In this document: in pieces, positions 38,702 to 47,890 of the stretch
Layout: each line of letters begins with the position of its first letter
Position numbering within the stretch: position 1 is the first letter of the stretch
Assembly: GCA_964577595.1 (NCBI GenBank)
Contig: CAZNZK010000002.1
Span: 86,163-150,162, forward strand
Length of the DNA: 64,000 nucleotides
Direction of reading: 5' to 3'
Origin: an uncultured Candidatus Saccharibacteria bacterium
GTDB lineage: Bacteria; Patescibacteriota; Minisyncoccia; Phycocordibacterales; JAKAEA01
The notes under the pieces: generated by a model
Databases searched by the model: none
Seen by the model: the letters and a program-made list of their open reading frames with translations, nothing else
What the model was told of the DNA's origin: nothing
Translations under genes and position numbers: made by a program

Positions 38702-39612
38702 TGCGTGGATGCGGCTATGAATCTGTATCCCGGTTCTGTGGGGCCGAAGGTGATGCCGTTTTTGGCAAAAAGCGGGCCGAGGGCGGAAATGTCGTTATAA
38801 ATGGCGGGCGCGACTTGCTCGTAATTTTGCACCGCTGAGACGGTAAAAACCGGATCGGTGAAAAGTTTCTGCATGCCTTCCACGGAATTTTCAGCTTGGC
38901 TAAAATCGTTAAGTATTGCTAAATGCAGAGCCGCCACTGATGATGGAACTGGCACCGTCGACAATCCTTTTATGATGCCACTATACGACTTCGTTATTAT
39001 AGCAAGATTGGCCAAATCGTCGGGATTACCACTGTTGACAGCCGCTTGGAGAATGTCTAGTTCATTGAGATTTTGCGGGACACTGTTGCGGGCAACAACG
39101 GCACCGACGGCATTGCCATACGCGTGGAAAGCCGCCGCCGAAGTGTTATTGATTACAACAATGTCGGCAATGGTAAAGACTTTTGCTTGCGGAATATGGT
39201 TGGTAACGTCGCCGTTTTGAATGAGGTTGGGAATGAGCGAGCTTTCTTCATCGGGGGTGAGGGTTTGGCCCGACTGCTTCATGGTCATGTATTGATTGAT
39301 GAATTCTTGGGAAAGGGCCTCAGTTGCGGTTAAAGGCTTTGCGGCTGTGGCTATGCTGTTGCCTGAGCCAGTGCTTGTGGTTGTGTCCGCGGGTGAGGAA
39401 GTCGCTAACGCCATAAGTTGGCTTTGGATTTTTTGGTATACAGCATCGGCGAGGCCGGTGGTATTGACCACGTTAAGGTTGGTTAAGGCCTGCTGGTGTG
39501 CGGCTGCTTGTGGATTATAAAAAAGAATCACCATAACTAAGCCGATGCTTACAACACAAACAGCCAGAATAGGCAAAATCTTCCTCGACGGCGCTGGCGG
39601 GCGGCGGCTCAT
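38698..39612 (-). CDS. Hypothetical membrane-anchored protein (first gene of the T4SS-like operon)
   Basis: N-terminal TM anchor. Its ATGA overlaps the downstream gene. Confidence 0.45.
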   Translation of the reverse strand: MSRRPPAPSRKILPILAVCVVSIGLVMVILFYNPQAAAHQQALTNLNVVNTTGLADAVYQKIQSQLMALATSSPADTTTSTGSGNSIATAAKPLTATEALSQEFINQYMTMKQSGQTLTPDEESSLIPNLIQNGDVTNHIPQAKVFTIADIVVINNTSAAAFHAYGNAVGAVVARNSVPQNLNELDILQAAVNSGNPDDLANLAIITKSYSGIIKGLSTVPVPSSVAALHLAILNDFSQAENSVEGMQKLFTDPVFTVSAVQNYEQVAPAIYNDISALGPLFAKNGITFGPTEPGYRFIAASTQ

Positions 39613-39630
39613 GGGGTTATTATATCATAC

Positions 39631-40461
39631 GTGCATAAGGGAATTTTTTTGGCGGCGGCGGTTTTAGCAAGTTCTTTCTGGGGCCAGTTTTGGCCCTGGG
39701 CGAGCGCGCCAGTTGTTGTTTCTGTTGACCCTCTGGCGGCATATAGGGTGGCCACAGGTAGTGTGGATGTATATTCAACCGATAGAAAAATCGTGGGAAT
39801 TCAAAATTCTATCTACACTTCGATCAATACTGCGTTGGTTTATAGGCAGGCACCTCAAATTCATCCCCCAGCATATGCCCAAACGCTAGGAAATGGCGTT
39901 CTTGTTAAGAGTTTGAGCGTTCAAAGCGGTTTGCCGGGGGTAAATGTAAATGTCGTTGCTCTTAATTTGCAGACATCTTCCGCGAACAGCGTTTATTTTG
40001 AAGCTTCGTCTACTGGTCAAGTTTTTGTAGTCAAAAACTTAAAGCCTTCAGCCGGTGGTATTCTTTCTTTTACTCTTCCCTCTTTTCCCGTTGGTCGCTA
40101 CGATGTTGCTATTAGTAACAGCTCTGGTATGAGTAATACGGCTTTTTTTGTCGTACGAGCGCCAACCAGTCCAAAAGTCACGGTTATTTCAGTTTTGCCG
40201 GCAAAAGTTCGTTGGGGTGGCACGCTCGTGATTTCCGGCAGCGGCTTCACCGCTACTGGTAACGAGGTTATTACCGCATTTGATACAATCTTCAATGTGC
40301 CGTCGCCAGATGGCCGAACGCTCGTTGTGCATATTACGCCGGAGCAAATGCGGGTTGCGGCAAGTATGGGTTCCGGAGCTATCTCTATTCCTGATACTAT
40401 AGAAGTGGTGAACAATAATGGCTATACGCCAGCGGCTAAAAACTTTTCAGTGAGTATATGA
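39631..40461 (+). CDS. Secreted protein with an IPT/TIG-like domain
   Basis: Signal peptide, then VISGSGFTATGNEV (IPT-like). Confidence 0.45.
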   Translation: MHKGIFLAAAVLASSFWGQFWPWASAPVVVSVDPLAAYRVATGSVDVYSTDRKIVGIQNSIYTSINTALVYRQAPQIHPPAYAQTLGNGVLVKSLSVQSGLPGVNVNVVALNLQTSSANSVYFEASSTGQVFVVKNLKPSAGGILSFTLPSFPVGRYDVAISNSSGMSNTAFFVVRAPTSPKVTVISVLPAKVRWGGTLVISGSGFTATGNEVITAFDTIFNVPSPDGRTLVVHITPEQMRVAASMGSGAISIPDTIEVVNNNGYTPAAKNFSVSI

Positions 40462-40865
40462 AAAAAAGTCTACTATTTTTTGTCAGTCTCTTGGTTGGTG
40501 GTATTGGGCTTCTGACCCCCCTTTCGCTTCTCGCTTCGGCGTTGCCTTTTTTTGGTGGCTTTGACGTTGTTAATATACCGTGCACCTGCGCCCCCGCTCT
40601 CAGTTGGGATTTTTTTATAGCACTTCATTATAGTGTATCCTCTGCCGGTCCTATCATTCCCACAACAGGCTATACTGCAGGGGCTTTCGCCGCTCCTGTA
40701 ACTCCCGTACTATTTTCTAATTACTACATTCGGCCAGAAACGTGGGTGCTGGGAACATATACTCAAGGAGCGGGAGTTTGTCTTATTGGTGTTGAACCCT
40801 ATTGTGTTTATATGCCCAATTATGGGCTCATAACTCCGGAGACAGGCGTGTCGCCGACGATATAG
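40458..40865 (+). CDS. Small secreted cysteine-containing protein
   Basis: 135 aa with a signal peptide (MKKSLLFFVSLLVGGIGLL) and 5 Cys. Confidence 0.35.
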   Translation: MKKSLLFFVSLLVGGIGLLTPLSLLASALPFFGGFDVVNIPCTCAPALSWDFFIALHYSVSSAGPIIPTTGYTAGAFAAPVTPVLFSNYYIRPETWVLGTYTQGAGVCLIGVEPYCVYMPNYGLITPETGVSPTI

Positions 40866-41634
40866 TGAGCCATTCCTGCACGGGAAGTTCTTCCGCGCGG
40901 GCGTTTGTTTCGTAGATAATGCCAATATCGGCGAGATTGTTTTTAAGCATTTTTCTTTTGTGGGCGAAGCCGGCTTTTACGATTTTGAAAAACGAGTTCT
41001 CCTCCTCGGCGTTCTTAAAATTTTTTTTAGAAATATTTGAAATAGCAAGAATTGCCGAATCCACTTTTGGTGGCGGAGAAAAAAGACCACGCGAAACTTT
41101 TTGCACGTTCTTCGGCTGGCCATATGCTTTGACACTTATTGAAAGAATACTTTCTTTGCCATCGCGAGCCACAATTCTTTCGGCAATTTCTTTTTGAACT
41201 AGCAGAACCATGCATGAGGGTTGGCGGACGGCACTTAAAAACTTTTCCAGAATGGCGCCAGTAATATAATAAGGGATGTTGGCGACTATTTTATAGATAG
41301 GTGCGGCAATTTCCGCTGGGTCAAATTCAAGGACATCGGCTTCTTTAAGGATGAGTTTTTTCTCAGTGATTTCTGTGGCGAATTTTTCCTGGAGAATAGG
41401 AATGAGGCGATGGTCTTTCTCCAGGGCGATAACCGTCGCACCTTTTGCGAGGAGTGTGGTGGTTAGCGTTCCCTCCCCCGGGCCTATTTCCAGCACCACA
41501 TCGCCCGTGTTTACTTCGGCCTCGGCGCACATTTCCTCAAGTACTTTTTCTGAACGCAAAAAATGTTGGCCCAATGATTTCTTTTGAAAAAGTTTTTTTG
41601 GGTCGGATTTGTTTGGTGAAAGGTGGTGCTTCAT
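40828..41634 (-). CDS. rsmA: 16S rRNA (adenine1518/1519-N6)-dimethyltransferase
   Basis: LGQHFL and VLEIGPGEGTLT SAM-binding motifs, and NIPY. Confidence 0.9.
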   Translation of the reverse strand: MKHHLSPNKSDPKKLFQKKSLGQHFLRSEKVLEEMCAEAEVNTGDVVLEIGPGEGTLTTTLLAKGATVIALEKDHRLIPILQEKFATEITEKKLILKEADVLEFDPAEIAAPIYKIVANIPYYITGAILEKFLSAVRQPSCMVLLVQKEIAERIVARDGKESILSISVKAYGQPKNVQKVSRGLFSPPPKVDSAILAISNISKKNFKNAEEENSFFKIVKAGFAHKRKMLKNNLADIGIIYETNARAEELPVQEWLTISSATRLSPEL

Positions 41635-41655
41635 AAGTGTTCCCTTAGTGTTCCC

Positions 41656-43626
41656 TTAAATATCAAAGTAAATTGTTTTGAGAGGACGTTTTTTGACGCT
41701 CGGATGTTCCTCGGGAACAGCAAGGTCGTCGTTTATGTCCATGATAAATTGCGATGGCACGTTAACTTGCTTGGAGCCGAAAACTGTACGGATGCCGGCA
41801 TAGGTAAGATAGACCTTCTTGCGGGCACGGGTCAAGGCGACATAAAAAAGGCGCCGCTCCTCTTCGTCGTCGTAGCCACCAGCTTTCCCTGTTTCGTTCT
41901 GGTCGCCACCGAGACGCTCATGCGGGAAAAGCCCTTCCTCCAGGCCGCTAATGAAAACATAATCAAACTCCAGGCCTTTTGAGGCGTGGACGGTCATGAG
42001 CTTTACGGCGTCTTGGTTTTTAACTAGTGAATCCTGGTCGGAAGCAAGGGCGGCATCGGTTAGTAGTTGTTCTATGCCTTCTCCTGGCGGCAGACCATCG
42101 TAGCGGATTGCCAAACTGGCCAGTTCCTTTATGTTTTCCAGGCGCTCCACATCCTCTTCGGTTATGGTTTTTTTTAGGGCCGCTTCTATGCCGGATTGCT
42201 TAACAACAAACTTTATTGTTTCACTCGGCAGGTGCGAATCAACGTAGGTGCGTATATCCTCAAGAATTTTATAGAATTCATCTACTTTTGCGGCGGTTGC
42301 TCCTGGTAGGCCCTGTCGCTGGCCAGAAAGGATTTTTGCCATAGTTACTTTGCCGATGCCGCGGGCGGGAATATTAATAATACGATTAATGTCGGCGGTG
42401 CTTTCCGGCGTCATGGCTGCCCGCAGATAACTCAATACATCCTTCACTTCTTTGCGTTCAAAAAAGCGGGTGCCTAACACCTGGTAGTTCACTTGGTGAT
42501 CAAGAAAAGCTTCCTCAAGGGCACGGGATTGAAAATTGGCGCGATAGAGCACGGCAATGTCGCGGGCGGAAACGCCGCCTCGCACTAGGTCGGCAGCTTT
42601 TTGAGCGATGAAGTCGGCCTCATCGGCTTCATCATAGCCGCTGTAGACGCCGATCATTTCCCCGTCGGCATTTTGGGTAAAGAGTTTTTTGGGACGGCGA
42701 CGCAGATTTTTCTCAATGATACGATTGGCCGCTTCCAGGATTATTTTGGTGGAACGATAATTTTGTTCCAGCAAAACGACGGTGGCATCAGGATAATCCT
42801 TCTCAAAATCCATAATATTTTCTAAGGTTGCTCCGCGCCAGGAGTAGATCATTTGGTCAATGTCACCAACGACGCAGATATTTTGGTGTTTGGCGGCTAA
42901 AAGCTTGGTTATTTGGTATTGCACCGGGTTAGTGTCCTGGTATTCATCAATATGGATGTATTGCCAGGTGTTTTGGTAGTGAGCCAGAATGTCGGGGTTG
43001 TTTTTAAGGAGCCAGACGGTTTTAAGAAGGAGGTCGTCAAAATCCAGCGATTTTTCCTTGGCCAAGATTTGTTCGTAGTGTTCCCACACTCGGCCAACGA
43101 GGTTGGGGTAGAAATCGCTACTACTGTGCTCCTTATAGGCGGCAAGGGTTTGGGCATTACCCTTGGCCCGGGAAATTGCGCTAAGGATTTTTGCCGGGTC
43201 AAACTGCTTTGGATCAACGCCGACTGCTTCCTCGGCCTGCTTTACTGCGCGTTTGGAATCGCTTCGGTCAAAAATGGCGAAACGTCGTGGTAAGCCGAGA
43301 AGCGTGGCATTTTCCTTGATGATGTGCACGCCGAGCGAGTGAAAGGTACTAACAAATGGCTTTTCAGTGAGGGAAACAGGGCGGTTGAGGGCCGGCTCAT
43401 TGGCCAAACGGTGGTTAACGCGGTCATTCATCTCGTGAGCGGCCTTGTTGGTGAAGGTTACTGCTAGGATTTTGGAGGGTGCTACCCCGGTTTTGATGAG
43501 TTCAACGATGCGCTCAGTGACAGTCTTCGTCTTACCGGCACCAGCGCCGGCAATTATCAAAAGCGGGCCGTTTTTATGCAAAACCGCTTGTTTTTGGGCC
43601 TCGTTTAGTAAAATTTCTTGACTCAT
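41656..43626 (-). CDS. pcrA: ATP-dependent DNA helicase PcrA/UvrD
   Basis: AGAGAGKT Walker A, DEYQDTN, and SF1 helicase motifs IV-VI. Confidence 0.95.
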   Translation of the reverse strand: MSQEILLNEAQKQAVLHKNGPLLIIAGAGAGKTKTVTERIVELIKTGVAPSKILAVTFTNKAAHEMNDRVNHRLANEPALNRPVSLTEKPFVSTFHSLGVHIIKENATLLGLPRRFAIFDRSDSKRAVKQAEEAVGVDPKQFDPAKILSAISRAKGNAQTLAAYKEHSSSDFYPNLVGRVWEHYEQILAKEKSLDFDDLLLKTVWLLKNNPDILAHYQNTWQYIHIDEYQDTNPVQYQITKLLAAKHQNICVVGDIDQMIYSWRGATLENIMDFEKDYPDATVVLLEQNYRSTKIILEAANRIIEKNLRRRPKKLFTQNADGEMIGVYSGYDEADEADFIAQKAADLVRGGVSARDIAVLYRANFQSRALEEAFLDHQVNYQVLGTRFFERKEVKDVLSYLRAAMTPESTADINRIINIPARGIGKVTMAKILSGQRQGLPGATAAKVDEFYKILEDIRTYVDSHLPSETIKFVVKQSGIEAALKKTITEEDVERLENIKELASLAIRYDGLPPGEGIEQLLTDAALASDQDSLVKNQDAVKLMTVHASKGLEFDYVFISGLEEGLFPHERLGGDQNETGKAGGYDDEEERRLFYVALTRARKKVYLTYAGIRTVFGSKQVNVPSQFIMDINDDLAVPEEHPSVKKRPLKTIYFDI

Positions 43627-43824
43627 TTGTTTTTTTGTTGGTAATTAAAAACGAGGTTGACCGGCTTACCCCTCTTGGTATACTTATATGCAAGCGTCAC
43701 TATCTTTCGGGCGCCATTATTCTGAAACGGCTGTTTGGGTTTCTGAACTACCGTATATAAACAAGGGCTTATTATATCCTCTCCACAAGACCCTCGTCGA
43801 CTCCGTACTCGTTTTGTCGGCCTG

Positions 43825-44790
43825 GTGACATATAGAACGGCACTTTTTTTTGCCCTTGCTTTTATTGCTATTGCCGCTAGCTCTAAGCCTTCGCCTGCCC
43901 AAGCGAGCTTCTTTTCCGATATTGGCCTCTTTTTTACTAAGCCAGTTACGTCGCCATCGGTGGCAAGTGTGGCGTCGCAACAAGTGCCCATTTTACAGGC
44001 GCCGCAAAATAGTGGCAGTAAAGTGCTCGGTACAACCACTCGTTCTGTTGATGTTCCCGCCGAGTCGAGTGTTCAAGTAGTTCTGCCTGCCGCCTTCTCC
44101 CCTGTTTCCACCACTACCACCTCGGTGTATGTCGTTGTTTCCGGGGACAATCTTCTCAGTATCGCTAAACATTTTGGTTTAAGTGTTTCTGCGGTGAAGG
44201 GAGCTAACAATCTTACCACGAATAGCATAAAAATCGGTCAAAAACTTTTTATTCCGGTCGTCGGGTCGGTCGCGCCGAAAGCTACGGGCTCTTCGCAGGT
44301 CAAAGACGCGGTTTCCTACTCCGCGCAGGCGGCCACAATTTCCGATACTGCTCCGGCATCCGCTGTTAAAATTCCAACCGAACCCATCATAATAGCGCCG
44401 GCCGTCACAAAGATTTTTTCTCCCGACGGCTATTATTTGCGACCTATTATCGGTGGCCTCAAAACCCAAGGCATTCATGGCCATAATGCGGTTGACTTAG
44501 CTGAAGACTGCGGCACGCCGATATATGCTTCAGCTACTGGCACGGTTGCCACAGCCGATGCTACGGGGTGGAACGGCGGTTATGGCGGCTATGTGAAAAT
44601 AAATCACTCCAACGGCTCAGAGACGCTCTATGCACACATGGAAACACTTATGGTTGCGGCTGGCCAAAGCGTGGCTCAGGGTCAGCAGATAGGGGCTATT
44701 GGTCACACTGGTGAAGTTGATAAGGAGGGCGGCACGGGGTGTCATGTGCATTTTGAGATTCGTAATAACGGCTACGCTAATCCGTTTTAA
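43825..44790 (+). CDS. LysM-domain M23 family metallopeptidase
   Basis: Signal peptide, LysM (VVSGDNLLSIAKHFGLS), and M23 motifs HNAVDL and HVHFEI. Confidence 0.85.
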   Translation: MTYRTALFFALAFIAIAASSKPSPAQASFFSDIGLFFTKPVTSPSVASVASQQVPILQAPQNSGSKVLGTTTRSVDVPAESSVQVVLPAAFSPVSTTTTSVYVVVSGDNLLSIAKHFGLSVSAVKGANNLTTNSIKIGQKLFIPVVGSVAPKATGSSQVKDAVSYSAQAATISDTAPASAVKIPTEPIIIAPAVTKIFSPDGYYLRPIIGGLKTQGIHGHNAVDLAEDCGTPIYASATGTVATADATGWNGGYGGYVKINHSNGSETLYAHMETLMVAAGQSVAQGQQIGAIGHTGEVDKEGGTGCHVHFEIRNNGYANPF

Positions 44791-44797
44791 GTTGCTT

Positions 44798-46345
44798 TTA
44801 GTGGCGCTCGTCTCCCAGGGCCGTCGGCCTATATTGAAAGGCTTCTAGAATTTCTGCCGTGCCAATGCACGCTATCTCGCTCAAATCAGCAATGGTTTGG
44901 GCTATTTTAATAATGTGATGATGGGCGCGCCCCGAGAGCGAGTGTTTGCGGGAGAGGGCGACAAGCAGGCGTTCGGCTTCGGGGCCTATGGCGAGCGTGG
45001 CGACGTCGCGACCGCAGAGGTCGGCATTGCGAGTGCCTACGCTACCGAGTTGTTGCAGACGTTCTTTTTGAATAGCTCGGGCGTTGGTAATACGCTTTTG
45101 GAGTGATAGTGCTCCAGTTTCCACTCCTAAAGTGTTGCCCCGCTCAATAAGCGCCTCGTATTCCACCTCTTGAACTTCGGTCCATAGATCAATGCGATCA
45201 ATGATCGGTCCGGAAAGACGGCGGGCATAGCGCAGGCGGTCGTGGGCGGCACACACACATTCTTTTTTACTGGAGCCGAAATAGCCGCACGGGCACGGGT
45301 TAAGGGCGACGATAAGAATTATTTTGGCCGGCAGGGCGACGGTGCCACCGATGCGCGAAACGCGAGCAACGCCTTCTTCAAGAGGTTCTCGCAGGCTTTC
45401 TATGACTTGGCGATTGAATTCTGGGAATTCATCCAGAAAGAGCACTCCGTGGTGGGCCAGAGTGAGTTCACCTGCTTTAGGCGGTGAGCCGCCCCCAAGA
45501 ACAGCCCCATACGAGGCGGTGTGGTGTGGGGCTCTAAATGGTGGCCGGCCTGGCGGTGGTGGCGTGGCGCCGGCCACGGAATATATAGCCATAACCTCCA
45601 AAGTTTCTTTTTCGGATAATTCTGGTAAGAGCTGACAAAAAGCTTTTGCCAGCATGGTTTTGCCAGTGCCTGGCGGGCCCCAGAGGGCTGAGTGATGGCC
45701 GCCGGCCGCGGCTATTTCCAACATCCGTTTTGCCTGAGCGTTACCTTTAATGTCGGTCATATCTATTTCGTTTTTAGGTGCTGGTGCGGGAGGACTTTCT
45801 TGGGCGGTATACTTTTTTATTTTTTCCTGACCCGTGAGGTGGAATAGTAATTCGGTGAGGGAAGAAAAAGGATACACGGCGACATCGTGTACGAGTGCCG
45901 CTTCGGCTGCGTTTTCTTTGGGCACATATAGCTCAGTGAAGCCGTGTTTGGTCATTTCTCGTGCTAAAGCGACAATGCCGGGAATTGCTCGAACGCGCCC
46001 ATTCAGGGCTAGTTCACCCAGAAAAATTTTGCCAGCTGAGTTGAAACAGATTTCTTCCGCCGCCAAAAGGTAGGCCAAGGCCATAGGAACGTCAAAAGCC
46101 GGCCCGCTTTTTTTCAGGTCGGCGGGCGCTAATGAAAGCACCACTTTATGGTTCTTGCTTTTGGGCGACGCGAAGCCGGAATTTTTTATGGCCGCCGATA
46201 TGCGGTCCCACGATTCCTCAACGGCTTTGTCGGGTAGGCCGACAATAGAAAGGGCATGCAAGCCGCGCGTTACATCGGCTTCCACGGAGATAACGGTCAC
46301 TTTGGCAAGTGTGGCTTGGGCGGCAAAAACAGTGGCAAAAGGCAT
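44798..46345 (-). CDS. comM: Mg-chelatase-like AAA+ ATPase ComM/YifB
   Basis: Lon-like N-domain, then AAA+ (GPPGTGKTMLAK and LFLDEFPEF). Confidence 0.9.
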   Translation of the reverse strand: MPFATVFAAQATLAKVTVISVEADVTRGLHALSIVGLPDKAVEESWDRISAAIKNSGFASPKSKNHKVVLSLAPADLKKSGPAFDVPMALAYLLAAEEICFNSAGKIFLGELALNGRVRAIPGIVALAREMTKHGFTELYVPKENAAEAALVHDVAVYPFSSLTELLFHLTGQEKIKKYTAQESPPAPAPKNEIDMTDIKGNAQAKRMLEIAAAGGHHSALWGPPGTGKTMLAKAFCQLLPELSEKETLEVMAIYSVAGATPPPPGRPPFRAPHHTASYGAVLGGGSPPKAGELTLAHHGVLFLDEFPEFNRQVIESLREPLEEGVARVSRIGGTVALPAKIILIVALNPCPCGYFGSSKKECVCAAHDRLRYARRLSGPIIDRIDLWTEVQEVEYEALIERGNTLGVETGALSLQKRITNARAIQKERLQQLGSVGTRNADLCGRDVATLAIGPEAERLLVALSRKHSLSGRAHHHIIKIAQTIADLSEIACIGTAEILEAFQYRPTALGDERH

Positions 46346-46409
46346 GCTCTAATGCTAAAGCATGTTGTTAAAATAGTCCTGAAGAAAAGATAAAACTTTC
46401 TTAAATCTC

Positions 46410-46781
46410 TTAACTCCTCATGTGTTGTTTGCAGGTTGTGGCCGCGGGATTGGCTGCTAAGCGGTCATTTTCAATCTCTTTGTCGCAAACACGACACAGT
46501 CCAAATGAACCGTTGTTTAATTTTATTTTTGTCAAAGCGGCATTTACTTCCGAAAAGCGGAGGCTGAGTCGGCGAATAAGCGCAGCATTTTCCCCATAGG
46601 TTTCTAGGCGTTCAGCGACATCGCTTGTGTCGGAGCGTAACGTATCTACGTCGGACGTTTTTGCTTCCCAGTGCTGGCGGCCTTCTTCATCAACGTTTGC
46701 GCCGGCCTCGTGCAGCTCGCTCAAAACCGCTACCCTTTCCTTAGAGAGTAGTTGTTCGTATAAAGCGATGTCTCTTTTCAT
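46410..46781 (-). CDS. DksA/TraR-family C4 zinc-finger protein
   Basis: C-terminal CRVCDKEI...TTCKQH four-Cys finger after a coiled-coil region. Confidence 0.65.
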   Translation of the reverse strand: MKRDIALYEQLLSKERVAVLSELHEAGANVDEEGRQHWEAKTSDVDTLRSDTSDVAERLETYGENAALIRRLSLRFSEVNAALTKIKLNNGSFGLCRVCDKEIENDRLAANPAATTCKQHMRS

Positions 46782-46790
46782 ACTGGTAGT

Positions 46791-47885
46791 TTAGTGGACA
46801 AACTGGCGGGCCACAAGGCGATCAAAAATCTCAATGGCCGCCTCCTGACTCGTGGTAATCACTAGGACATTTTGTGTTGGAAATGCATACAACAGAAGTG
46901 GTTTTTGGCCAGGTATCCCCAAAGCACGAGTGTCTTTGTTGGCGATAAAAACATCGCTCCAGGCTGGTGGTAAAGAAAGAATGACAGGCGTGTTTTTAGG
47001 AGTAGAGGATGTCGCGGTTGTGGTGGAAGCTATTGTTGGCGCAGTGCTCGTGCTTGATTTCTGATAGAGGGGGGCTAGGTCACTGCCTAAATTTGCTTCC
47101 CATTGCAACATGGCGGCGAAAGCATTGTCATAAGAAGAAACACTAAAAAGCATAAAAGGATTCCAACTGGTGGCATTGTGATAGAAGCCGGCGACATAGC
47201 CCGGGCCAACTGCCCGCGGCAGCCAACTCGGCATATTATTCGCGTTAAGGTCGCTTAAGAATGTGCCCGCATCAAGTGACGTGCTGGTGCCGGCGGCGGT
47301 GATTGAAATTTGTACGATAGTTCCCTTTTCTGTCGCAAGTAGATTCGCCCCTTGCATAAAGGCATCCAGAGAATTTTGTTGCTGACCCATACTGACTGTT
47401 TTTACGTCGTCTACGCCGATTAATACATTGTTCGAAGGGTTGGATTGCAGTACTGAAGCCTGTTTTGGTTGGCTCACGACGAACGCATACCATACGGCTC
47501 CGCAGCTTCCTCCTATGAGGATTAGGGCTCCCAAAATCATGGCCACATTTTTTATGGCATTACTAACTATCTCGGTACGCCCGATTTCAGGCTCCACGCT
47601 TTTCTCTTGAATTTTTTGAGCGGCAATGGAGACGCTTGAAACGCTATGTTTTTGCACAGCTTCGGCGGCATCGCTTTCAAACGTGCGTAATTTGGGAATG
47701 CCGTGTTCTTCGTTGTGCAGGTCGGCGACGAGTGTTTCTTTTGCTGGGCCGTGTGGCGCTTGCTCGGCGGCTATGGCCGCTTGCAATCCCTCTAGAACGT
47801 TACCTCCGGCATGTAGAGTGGGTTCTGGAATGCCGCCAATAGTGGCGGGCTGGCCATTGGGTTTTTGAGGAACGATTGGATCCAT
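46791..47885 (-). CDS. Hypothetical membrane-anchored protein
   Basis: 364 aa with a TM helix near residue 115 and an extracytoplasmic Ser/Thr-rich domain. Confidence 0.45.
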   Translation of the reverse strand: MDPIVPQKPNGQPATIGGIPEPTLHAGGNVLEGLQAAIAAEQAPHGPAKETLVADLHNEEHGIPKLRTFESDAAEAVQKHSVSSVSIAAQKIQEKSVEPEIGRTEIVSNAIKNVAMILGALILIGGSCGAVWYAFVVSQPKQASVLQSNPSNNVLIGVDDVKTVSMGQQQNSLDAFMQGANLLATEKGTIVQISITAAGTSTSLDAGTFLSDLNANNMPSWLPRAVGPGYVAGFYHNATSWNPFMLFSVSSYDNAFAAMLQWEANLGSDLAPLYQKSSTSTAPTIASTTTATSSTPKNTPVILSLPPAWSDVFIANKDTRALGIPGQKPLLLYAFPTQNVLVITTSQEAAIEIFDRLVARQFVH

Positions 47886-47890
47886 AGGTA

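Noticed and set aside
43623-44039. 138-aa minus-strand ORF between pcrA and the M23 peptidase gene
   Set aside because: It overlaps the well-supported signal-peptide-encoding 5' end of the plus-strand M23 peptidase gene. It has a Cys/Arg-rich low-complexity composition and no family match. Likely spurious.
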